Positions 18,720 to 26,492 of a DNA stretch of 64,000 nucleotides are shown here, in pieces (the first letter of the stretch is position 1; each line of letters begins with the position of its first letter). Where the stretch lies: contig OZ244896.1 in NCBI GenBank assembly GCA_965221495.1, positions 2,225,471-2,289,470 of the forward strand. Direction: 5' to 3'. The position numbers were made by a program, and so were the translations under genes. The DNA comes from Alphaproteobacteria bacterium (lineage in GTDB: Bacteria; Pseudomonadota; Alphaproteobacteria; TMED109). Under the pieces are notes generated by a model. It did not search any database. It was not told the origin of the DNA and saw only the letters and a list, made by a program, of their open reading frames with translations.

Positions 18720-19769
18720 TTAGACCGGTATTGACGGATCCTGGGCGGCCCGGGCTTGCCGGGCAGCACGCGCTTCGCTCAAGCGCTGAAAATGAGGCAG
18801 ATCGCGGCGAAGGCTGTGCTCAATGGCGCCACGGTCGAGGTTGGAAGTGATGAACAGCAGGTGTGAACGATCAACCTCAATGTTCGGCACCCGCTGCGGA
18901 GGCTGGTAGACATGCTGGACACCATTGAGAATGACGGGTCCGTCCACGCCCTTGATCTTGACCGCCCCCTTGGTCCGGTACATGACGTCCCCGTTGGATT
19001 CGGTGCCTGCATTCAGCCAACCGTGCAGGGCTTCCCATTCAAACGGATGTGAAACTTCGATGGAAAATCCGTGCAGTCCGTTCGCAAGGTTGTCTCGACT
19101 GGCATAGTGCGACGACGCTAGCCAACTGCCCAGATCCCCGTTCAGCAATCGTGTTTCCAGGCCCGCCCCGGTTAGTGCGTCCGCCAGACAGGGCTGGTCG
19201 GAGGACACCAGTTCGGCGCCGGGATTCAATCCCTGCAACTGCGTGCGGGCTTCCGGAGCGGCAAGCGACGCCGGGTCCAGCACGATACGGTCCGCCACAG
19301 CAAGTTGCTTGAAGCCAAATTGCGACGTTGCCAGTGTCTGCAAACCATCTCGGGCTATGACTGCCACCACGCTGTCGAGGCGAAAGTAGTCCGTGACCAA
19401 GGCATTGTTCAGCAGCGTTTGCATGACCGGAGCCGGATCCGAGTCGGCCAGGGTTTCGATCAGCACATGATCGAATTCAACTTCCCCTTGTGTCCGGCGG
19501 GCGAACAGCTGGCGCAGGCTGCTGACCAGCCCTGAACGCGCGACGCAACACAGACATCCGACCGCGTGCGGCACCATCTGCCCCGCAATGCGTTCAATCG
19601 ACGCAACTGGGAACTCTGGTCCGACGGTTTCGTTGCTGATCACCGCCCAGTTAGCGCCACCCTTGGCGAGCAAGCGCTCGATGACTTCGGTGCGGGCACG
19701 GGCATCAGACCCGCACACCACGACCGCGGGGAACTTCGCTCGAGCGGTTTCCGGGACAAAACTCAGCAT
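18720..19769 (-). CDS. COG0523-like protein with degenerate nucleotide-binding motifs (putative pseudo-GTPase)
   Basis: It aligns by eye with the 14535 paralog. Walker A is replaced by [27 protein letters not shown] by ETLADSDP, and NKIDL by ADRIVL. The CxCC motif is kept (GCLCCVARSGL), as is the CobW_C-like tail (MYRTKGAVKIKGVDGPVILNGVQHVY). Confidence 0.75.
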   Translation of the reverse strand: MLSFVPETARAKFPAVVVCGSDARARTEVIERLLAKGGANWAVISNETVGPEFPVASIERIAGQMVPHAVGCLCCVARSGLVSSLRQLFARRTQGEVEFDHVLIETLADSDPAPVMQTLLNNALVTDYFRLDSVVAVIARDGLQTLATSQFGFKQLAVADRIVLDPASLAAPEARTQLQGLNPGAELVSSDQPCLADALTGAGLETRLLNGDLGSWLASSHYASRDNLANGLHGFSIEVSHPFEWEALHGWLNAGTESNGDVMYRTKGAVKIKGVDGPVILNGVQHVYQPPQRVPNIEVDRSHLLFITSNLDRGAIEHSLRRDLPHFQRLSEARAARQARAAQDPSIPV

Positions 19770-20112
19770 GGTGAATCAAGTCTTGCAAAGGCCTGCACAA
19801 GGTTCAAGGTCAAGCGTTTCGGCACCTTCGCTCGCACGGGTGGTCACACAGGTCGCCGCACCGGGCCCGGCCGGCGCGGCCCGCATCTTTCCGGGTTCCG
19901 CGTCGTGATCATCGCGGAAGTAGGCCGCCCCGCAGGCAACTGAGGTCGAGATTGCGGGTAGTGCGCGCCGGCATCCGACTGCGCGCGACGTTAGCCGTGG
20001 CAACGGCGAGTGGAGCACGCGGCGAAGAGCCTGTGGATTGCGCCAGCGCCATTTGCGAAACAGGCCGGTTCCCAAGGCGCTCCGCACGGGTGAAACGCGC
20101 GTTTACCTGCTG

Positions 20113-20889
20113 TCAGCGGCGACGGGTCCTCCGCCCCACCCAGTTGGCGAGGCCGGTGCCGACAAGCACCACCAACAGAATCGCCGTGATGTCAACGATA
20201 GTCACACCAGCGGACCCGAACAGCCGCCCCGAATGCAGGTCAAGCAACACGCGACTGACCGGGAGACCGCCGCCACGGAACGCAGCGAGTTGCAAATCCT
20301 GTACGGCTTTCGGCGGTTCAGCGCGTTCCGACCAGATTGCATCGACCTGAAGCTCGTTCCAGGTCAGGAGCTCCGAGTCGCCTACAAAGCGCCCCGAGGG
20401 AGCCTGGATGGCCACACGGCCATCCGGTGTCCCGCCAATCCGACGGATAGCGCCGGGGAGAAATTCGACTCCCACGCGCTCCACCAGTTCGCCATCCGGT
20501 GTGACCAAGGCCAGCGCGGTCGAAGTCGCAAGCAACACCAAGGAATCGATCTCGACCGCGCCGACTGGCTCTCCCGACATCGTGGACACCCTTCGGCCGT
20601 GCAGGTACGCCGCCCCGTCGATCCAGCTGGCCCATGCCTCCCCCACGCGGTAATGGACAGGGGGCGCAACCGGTCGCAGCCCGTACCAGTCGGCCAACCA
20701 GGAATACGTGATTCTGGTGCGGTCGAGGCCAAGGCTCTGGCTGTGATTCAGCAAGACCCCCGTTAATGCCAGGATCGCCAGAAGCACCGACACAGCGAGG
20801 CCAATGCGCCGGTGCCAGAGGCGTACCGTCGCCGGCCATTGGCGCCGGCGCGCACGAATGGACGTACGCGCGGTTTCAGGGGAGGGCAT
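20113..20889 (-). CDS. PepSY-associated TM-helix family membrane protein
   Basis: LWHRRIGLAVSVLLAILALTGVLLNH at the N-terminus and DLHSGRLFGSAGVTIVDITAILLVVLVGTGL at the C-terminus. Start chosen at MPSPET (20889). Confidence 0.7.
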   Translation of the reverse strand: MPSPETARTSIRARRRQWPATVRLWHRRIGLAVSVLLAILALTGVLLNHSQSLGLDRTRITYSWLADWYGLRPVAPPVHYRVGEAWASWIDGAAYLHGRRVSTMSGEPVGAVEIDSLVLLATSTALALVTPDGELVERVGVEFLPGAIRRIGGTPDGRVAIQAPSGRFVGDSELLTWNELQVDAIWSERAEPPKAVQDLQLAAFRGGGLPVSRVLLDLHSGRLFGSAGVTIVDITAILLVVLVGTGLANWVGRRTRRR

Positions 20890-21442
20890 CAGCCGGGGTC
20901 TGGGTATCGAGAAAGAGCGCCAGCGCGGCCAGGCGCGTGATGGACGAAACGGACAAGGTGGCTCCGGCAATACCGTCAATGGGACCCGTCAGCCGTCGAT
21001 TTTCGCTCAGCCGAAGATTCCGGAACTGATCCGTGAAAAACGGGTAGCGGACTTCCCAGCCGTGGGACTCCCGGTAAATCAGGATGCGCACATCGACGAG
21101 CTGACCGTTAGCCACAATGAAGCCGGCGGTAATCGGCTCGTATTTCCCGATTTCCTCGAGAATCCAGACCGTGCGACCGGCGTTCCGCCAATACTTTAGG
21201 CGCAGACCTCCGTAACGGTGCCCAAGAATCGTCGTGATCTCCTCTTGCAACTTGCCTCGGAGCCACAGGTTGCGACTCGCGGGCGGGTCACCGTCGAACG
21301 CCTCCGACACAAAATCGACAGGCGCCAGATAGACGTCCTCAGCGTGCGCGAAGCCGGCCAGCGGGCCGGCCAACACCGCAAGGAGCAGGCAGCCCACGCC
21401 GATTCGGGTGAACGATCGGCGCCGGAGCCCGCCCTGCGGCAT
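20876..21442 (-). CDS. Secreted FMN-binding-domain (FMN_bind) protein
   Basis: Signal peptide (IGVGCLLLAVLAGPLAGFAHA) and a flavinylation-type motif IDGIAGATLSVSSI. Confidence 0.68.
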   Translation of the reverse strand: MPQGGLRRRSFTRIGVGCLLLAVLAGPLAGFAHAEDVYLAPVDFVSEAFDGDPPASRNLWLRGKLQEEITTILGHRYGGLRLKYWRNAGRTVWILEEIGKYEPITAGFIVANGQLVDVRILIYRESHGWEVRYPFFTDQFRNLRLSENRRLTGPIDGIAGATLSVSSITRLAALALFLDTQTPADALP

Positions 21443-21452
21443 TGGCCTCGGA

Positions 21453-22742
21453 TCAGAACTGATAACCAACGCCAAAATTGAAGATCTTGTCGCTTGCCTT
21501 CCCGGGAGCATCAAGACTTTCGTAGTCTGCCTTGAGCACCGCGTTGGGGTGCAGCCAATAGTTCAATCCCACGACATACTGGCTGACTTCGGTGTCCGCA
21601 CTGTTGCCGGCATTGTTGTCGTAGGTCGAGTACCGTCCGAAGAGACCCACCGAACTCTGGCCTTCCAGCGCCATCCGTACCGAAGGTTCCACATACCAGC
21701 CAGTCTGCGAATCGCGGCCAATCGCTTCAGCGTCGGAACCGTCGATCGACCACGCCGCATAGAGAGCACGGAGCCCCAGCGACAGGGCGTTGCTCAACGG
21801 TCGGTTGATATCGGCATGGGCGACCCACAGCATCGCTGAGGCATCGTCCGTCGCGGAATCGCCCTGTGTCAGATCCGACTGATACTGAATTGTTCCGGCG
21901 AGTTCGATTCCGGGCATGCCCGTGTAACGAATCCGGGTCGTAAACGCCGGGCTGTCCAGCTCCGAGTTTGCGACTTTCTGCCGGCCGTCGCGCGGCTTGA
22001 AGCTGGTCGCAATCCCGTCGTCGTTCAACGCCCGAATCTTGGTGCCTCCAAGCCCCCCGTGCACGAGCGCGTCGACCTGGACGCCGCCCGCTGTGGTCAT
22101 GGTCCCGCCAAAGCCTCCTTCCCACCAAGTCGTGGGAATGATGTTTTTCTCAACAGGGTTGCGTTCAACACCATAGAACGTCGGCGGCTCGTGCACTTCA
22201 TTGAGGATTCCTACGGGAATCAGCACCACCCCAGCGCGGCCCGTGAGCGTGTCGCTCAAGTCATGCTCGATGTATGCCTGCTCTAGTTCGACCTCGCCCG
22301 GTTTGCCCTCGCCAGCCAGCGAATGCTCGAGTTCGAACTCCGAAAACATGCGTGTGGTGGCATTGAAATCGTGGCCGAAAAAGAGGACGTAGCGATGGAA
22401 ATCGAGCATGTCCTTCTTGCCCTCGACCCCACTGTTGAAGTGCAACTCTCCGTAGCCGCCCACCGATGTGCGCTCCCACCACCCGACTTTGGGTGCCTGG
22501 GCGTCCATGGAATCGGCCACCGCTTCGATCGCCTGGCTGGTCTCCACATCCCGGGTTTCGTTCTCAGCGACTCTCTGCTTCAGGGCGTCGATCTCTTGCT
22601 GCTGGTTCTGAATGATCTGCCACATGTCTTCCGGAGAAGGCAGTTCCTGGCCGAGAGCCGAGCCAATCGACATCGGAACGACCGCTGCGACGAACAGGGC
22701 GATCTTTCGAAACCTGCCGACTGGAAAGAACGGTTTGAGCAT
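21453..22742 (-). CDS. Outer-membrane porin-like beta-barrel protein with an N-terminal coiled-coil segment
   Basis: Signal peptide, QIIQNQQQEIDALKQRVAENE, alternating beta-strand pattern and a C-terminal FNFGVGYQF (terminal aromatic). AGGAG precedes ATG 22742. Confidence 0.75.
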   Translation of the reverse strand: MLKPFFPVGRFRKIALFVAAVVPMSIGSALGQELPSPEDMWQIIQNQQQEIDALKQRVAENETRDVETSQAIEAVADSMDAQAPKVGWWERTSVGGYGELHFNSGVEGKKDMLDFHRYVLFFGHDFNATTRMFSEFELEHSLAGEGKPGEVELEQAYIEHDLSDTLTGRAGVVLIPVGILNEVHEPPTFYGVERNPVEKNIIPTTWWEGGFGGTMTTAGGVQVDALVHGGLGGTKIRALNDDGIATSFKPRDGRQKVANSELDSPAFTTRIRYTGMPGIELAGTIQYQSDLTQGDSATDDASAMLWVAHADINRPLSNALSLGLRALYAAWSIDGSDAEAIGRDSQTGWYVEPSVRMALEGQSSVGLFGRYSTYDNNAGNSADTEVSQYVVGLNYWLHPNAVLKADYESLDAPGKASDKIFNFGVGYQF

Positions 22743-22762
22743 CGTGGGACTCCTAATTGCAA

Positions 22763-22824
22763 ATGCGAACTATTCGCATATTTGTCAGAATGCATGATCA
22801 TAAACGCGAATGCAAATCATTCGC
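22763..22824. promoter_or_regulatory. Operator-like region with two inverted repeats (ATGCGAA-CTA-TTCGCAT and GCGAATG-CAAAT-CATTCGC) upstream of the porin operon
   Basis: Both repeats are perfect (22763-22779 and 22806-22824), in an AT-rich leader 21-80 nt upstream of the porin start. The AATGC(A/G)A unit occurs three times. Confidence 0.4.
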
Positions 22825-23056
22825 ACATAATCGGGAAGTGTCTTTATCCGGCTAGGGAGCGGCCTGCCCGGCAACGATGCCCGTCGGTAGCACCGTGCGA
22901 CTCCAACCTCGGGAGCCCATTACGTCGCAGACCGATGCACCCGACCCAGGATCTCTCCTGCCCGCAGTAGCGGTTTCACGTTACCTCCGCATGACGTCCG
23001 TCAGGCAGGCGTGCTAAGGTCTATTTTGGAGTTGGACGCTTGCGTCCACCGCCAGT

Positions 23057-23360
23057 GCCGCCGTAGCTCAGTGGTAGAGCACACCCTTGGTAAGTACTTG
23101 CCTGCCCGGTGCGAAATCGCCGGGACTGAACCGCTCAAATTCGGGGAACGCTGCAGGCTGTGAAGCCGATGCCAATCCCGAGCCAAGCCTGCCTTTCCGG
23201 GCAGGAAGGTGTAGAGGCCAGACGGGCGGGACCCCCTAGGGGTCAAGGGATGGTCCGGACCACCAAACGCTGACAGCCCGCGCAGGAGCTGCCAGCGGCC
23301 GCGAAAGCGGCAGTGGTGCGAAGGGTGGGGTCGAGTGTTCAATTCACTCCGGCGGCACCA
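23057..23360 (+). tRNA. tRNA-Thr (anticodon GGU) interrupted by a group I intron; exons 23057-23091 and 23321-23360, CCA encoded
   Basis: The exons join into a canonical cloverleaf: acceptor GCCGCCG/CGGCGGC, D arm GCTC-AGTGGTA-GAGC, anticodon stem CACCC/GGGTG with loop TT-GGT-AA, T arm GAGTG-TTCAATT-CACTC, then ACCA. Confidence 0.85.
23092..23320 (+). ncRNA. Group I self-splicing intron (compact bacterial tRNA-intron type, IC3-like), 229 nt, no ORF
   Basis: The 5' exon ends in U (U36) and the intron ends in G (23320). Candidate IGS G23100-C-C pairs with G34-G35-U36, including a G.U wobble. Core strings TCAAATTCGGGGAA (23135-48), CGAGCCAAGC (23179-88), GGAAGGTGTAGAGGCCAGACGG (23204-) and CCAAACGCTG (23263-) closely match the Azoarcus tRNA-Ile intron core as I remember it. 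There is a P2 hairpin CCCGG/CCGGG and a GNRA hairpin GCCGC-GAAA-GCGGC. Confidence 0.85.
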
Positions 23361-23403
23361 TGATCCAGTGACGCTTCGGCGACCCGTTTCTGGGAGTGCG
23401 CGC

Positions 23404-24447
23404 GTGCCCGGACAAGACGTCCCGTTTGAAACCCAGATCAACAAGCTGTGGGGCCACATTCGCGGGCTGCACGTGCTCCATCTCATTCGCACAGGCGCTG
23501 ACCTTGGCTGGTTCCGGCAGCTCGCCGACGCCGGGCCTGAGGGTTTGACGCCGGAAGACCTCGCTGCCCCGCAGGGCCTGCACCTTCCCTATGTCAGAAT
23601 CTGGTGGAAGACCGCTATTGCATGGGAGCTTCTGGATCTCCTGCCTGATGGCAGGGCCCGCCTCGCACCGCACTTCGATTCGATCCTCGCGCGGCCCGGT
23701 GACCCGCGCTATCTCCTGCCCTACGTGATCGCCACCCTCGACCATTTCCAGCCCGATCTCGAAAGCCATGCAGGCGCAATGGCCAACGGTGCCACGCGGA
23801 CCTTCCAGGAGCATGGACACGCGTTTGCGGAGGCGATCGGCGACACCACCGCCGGCTTGCATGCGCTGATGGCGAGCCGGCTCCTGCCGGCGATCGAAGA
23901 AGTCCGGGGCGCCCTCGAAAACGGCGGCACGTTTCTCGATTACGGGTGCGGCGTGGGCGGTCTCGTGATCCGGGTCGCCAAGGCGTTTTCTGACGCCCGT
24001 TGTGCCGGCGTCGACATTCACAGCGAGGGCCTCGCGCAGGCGCGAGAGGCCGTGTCCGCTGCCGGACTTGACCCCCGCGTCACGATTCACGATGGCAACG
24101 ACTGGCGCGGTGACACCGCAAGCATCGACGTCATCGCAATGGTCGAGGTTCTGCACGAGATCCCCGAAACGGTACGCGGCGCGGCCCTTCAGGAGTGCCG
24201 GCGCCTCCTTCGGTCCGACGGACGCCTGGTGATTCTTGACGAAACGTTTCCCGAGGACAGCGATCTCCGCGCGCCCGAAGCTGCCCTCGCCGTCCAGACC
24301 CAGTTTAACGAAATGACCTGGGGCAACGTCGTGCCGACTGCGAAGGAACAGGAACAACTCGCAGCCGACGCCGGTCTCGCGATTCTTGACCGCAGCACCA
24401 TTGGTGGGATCTTTACCCAACTTATTCTGGCTCCGCTCGGAGAGTGA
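23404..24447 (+). CDS. Class I SAM-dependent methyltransferase with an N-terminal winged-helix/dimerisation-like domain (start uncertain: GTG 23368 or 23404)
   Basis: FLDYGCGVGGLVIRVA (motif I), DVIAMVEVLHEI and GRLVILDE. The ORF-track ATG at 23335 lies inside the tRNA 3' exon, so it was rejected. Confidence 0.72.
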   Translation: MPGQDVPFETQINKLWGHIRGLHVLHLIRTGADLGWFRQLADAGPEGLTPEDLAAPQGLHLPYVRIWWKTAIAWELLDLLPDGRARLAPHFDSILARPGDPRYLLPYVIATLDHFQPDLESHAGAMANGATRTFQEHGHAFAEAIGDTTAGLHALMASRLLPAIEEVRGALENGGTFLDYGCGVGGLVIRVAKAFSDARCAGVDIHSEGLAQAREAVSAAGLDPRVTIHDGNDWRGDTASIDVIAMVEVLHEIPETVRGAALQECRRLLRSDGRLVILDETFPEDSDLRAPEAALAVQTQFNEMTWGNVVPTAKEQEQLAADAGLAILDRSTIGGIFTQLILAPLGE

Positions 24448-24449
24448 GC

Positions 24450-25223
24450 ATGGACATTCAGGACAAGGTCGTCGCGGTCACGGGCGGCGGCAGCGGGATC
24501 GGCCGTGCGTTGGCGCTCGAAGCGCATCGGCGCGGTGCCCGCACCGTGGTGGTGGGCGACATCAACGAGGACGCCGCCAAGGCCTGCGGCACCGCCTGCG
24601 GCGGTCGCGGTTGGGCGATGGATGCCGGCGACGACGCGTCAGTAGCCGGGTTCATTGCGGCTGCGGAAGCGTTTGCCGGACCGATCGACCTGTACTGCTC
24701 CAACGCCGGCATCCACCGCGCGGGCGGCGTCGAGACGTCCCTGGACGACTGGCAGGCTTGCTGGGACGTCAACGTGATGAGCCACACGTATGCGGCACGA
24801 CAGTTGGCACCGGGCTTGGCCGAACGCGGGGGCTGGTTCCTGATCACCGTTTCCGCGGCCGGGCTCCTGTCGCAGATCGGATCCGCGACGTATGCGACGA
24901 CCAAACACGCTGCGCTCGGGTTCGCCGAATGGCTCTCGATTGCCTGGGGTGATCGCGGCCTCGGGGTATCGGCACTGTGTCCGCAGGCCGTGCGCACGGA
25001 CATGATCGCGGGCCTCGACGACGGCGGGGTCGCGGGTCTCGACGGAATCCTTGAGCCCGAGGCCGTGGCCAGTGCCGCATTCGACGGGATCGCCGCGGGC
25101 AGTTTCCTGATCTTGCCGCACCCGAGCGTGGCCGAGTACGTGCAGCGCAAGGCGTCCGACCCCGATCGCTGGCTTCGCGGCATGCGCCGGTTGCAGGAAC
25201 GCTTCGGCGACGCCGCGTTGTGA
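24450..25223 (+). CDS. Short-chain dehydrogenase/reductase (SDR)
   Basis: TGGGSGIGRA (TGxxxGxG), NAG and YATTKHA (YxxxK). Confidence 0.88.
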   Translation: MDIQDKVVAVTGGGSGIGRALALEAHRRGARTVVVGDINEDAAKACGTACGGRGWAMDAGDDASVAGFIAAAEAFAGPIDLYCSNAGIHRAGGVETSLDDWQACWDVNVMSHTYAARQLAPGLAERGGWFLITVSAAGLLSQIGSATYATTKHAALGFAEWLSIAWGDRGLGVSALCPQAVRTDMIAGLDDGGVAGLDGILEPEAVASAAFDGIAAGSFLILPHPSVAEYVQRKASDPDRWLRGMRRLQERFGDAAL

Positions 25224-26467
25224 ATCGAGATCGCCGCATCCGGCTTAACCGCCGCGCGCTTCTCGGAGGGGCGGCGGCGGGAACACTCGCTCCCGGCGCC
25301 GCGCTCGCGGCGCGTGCCGGCGCGGGGGCGCCCGACTGGATGCTCGTCCCGGGACGCGTGTTTCGCGAGTACGGCACGCCAGCCCCGCAAGAGACGGACG
25401 TGGGCCGCGAGATCCTTCAGCCGTATGAAGACGTGTCCCCGGGCGCCGGCGTGGCGATGACGCCGCTCGAAGATCTTGAGGGGACGATCACACCCAACGG
25501 GCTGCACTTCGAGCGGAGCCACAACGGCGTACCCGCCATCGACCCCCTGCAGCACGAACTCCTGATCCACGGCGAAGTCGAACGCGACCTGCTCTTCGCC
25601 CCGACCGATCTTCTCCGATACCCGATGGAGACCAGGACTCTTTTCATTGAATGCGCGGGGAACAGTTTCTTCAACTCCAATGCCTTTCCGCTGGCTGTGG
25701 ACGAATCGTGCGGCATGATTCACGGCTTGGTCTCGACCGCGGAGTGGACCGGCGTCCCGTTGTCGCTCCTCCTCGGCGAAGCCAACCCCCGCAGGGGCGC
25801 CCGTTGGCTGGTCGCCGAAGGCGCCGATGCGAACGCCATGAGCCGCAGCCTGCCGATGGAAAAGGCGTTGGACGACGTCCTAGTGGCGCTGTACCAGAAC
25901 GGGGAGCGGATTCGGCCGGAACAGGGCTATCCGATGCGGCTGGTCGTGCCGGGCTGGGAGGGCAACCTCAATATCAAGTGGCTGCGCCGCATCAAGGTGG
26001 TCGAAGCGCCCCTGTACACCCGGGACGAGACCTCCAAGTACAGTGACCTCATGCCCGGCGGACGGGCCCTGAAATTTACCTTCCCCATGGATGTCAAATC
26101 GGTCATCGTCCGGCCCAGCGGGGGACAGACCCTCGTCCCCGGCTTTCAGCACATTTCCGGATTGGCCTGGTCCGGGCATGGCCCCATCCGGACGGTTGAG
26201 GTATCCACCGACGGCGGAGCGTCGTGGCAGCCGGCGGCACTCGATGGGCGGCCTCCGGACCGGGCGCCCGTCCGGTTCCGGCTGAACTGGAACTGGGACG
26301 GAAGCCCGACCACGATTCTGTCGCGGGCGGCCGACCGGGCCGGCAACCGGCAAGAACTCCGCTCGGAATGGTCATCGCAGTATGCCCACGGCCACCTCTA
26401 TCACTGCAACGCCATTCAGAGTTGGCAGATCAGCAGCGATGGCAGCGTGACCAACATCTACCTCTGA
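25220..26467 (+). CDS. Sulfite-oxidase-family molybdopterin subunit (SorA/SoxC-like), TAT-exported
   Basis: NRRALLGGAAAG is a TAT signal. Other motifs are TPNGLHFERSHNGVP, the Mo-ligand Cys context FIECAGNS, GYPMRLVVPGWEGNLNIKWLRRI and a C-terminal dimerisation domain. Confidence 0.85.
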   Translation: MNRDRRIRLNRRALLGGAAAGTLAPGAALAARAGAGAPDWMLVPGRVFREYGTPAPQETDVGREILQPYEDVSPGAGVAMTPLEDLEGTITPNGLHFERSHNGVPAIDPLQHELLIHGEVERDLLFAPTDLLRYPMETRTLFIECAGNSFFNSNAFPLAVDESCGMIHGLVSTAEWTGVPLSLLLGEANPRRGARWLVAEGADANAMSRSLPMEKALDDVLVALYQNGERIRPEQGYPMRLVVPGWEGNLNIKWLRRIKVVEAPLYTRDETSKYSDLMPGGRALKFTFPMDVKSVIVRPSGGQTLVPGFQHISGLAWSGHGPIRTVEVSTDGGASWQPAALDGRPPDRAPVRFRLNWNWDGSPTTILSRAADRAGNRQELRSEWSSQYAHGHLYHCNAIQSWQISSDGSVTNIYL

Positions 26468-26492
26468 CCCGCCCCGTCCCTACCCTGCACCT

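Noticed and set aside
19776-19886. A 36-codon Cys-containing micro-ORF (MRAAPAGPGAATCVTTRASEGAETLDLEPCAGLCKT) immediately upstream of the degenerate COG0523 gene.
   Set aside because: The SD-like GGAAAG abuts the ATG with no spacing. The composition is typical of random GC-rich sequence, and there is no recognisable motif.
23086-23325. Alternative reading of the split tRNA as tRNA-Arg(GCG), with the intron placed after G34.
   Set aside because: That placement would end the 5' exon in G rather than the conserved U of the P1 G.U pair. The U36|A37 placement gives a proper 7-nt loop (UUGGUAA), a terminal intron G and a 3-bp P1 with the intron GCC.
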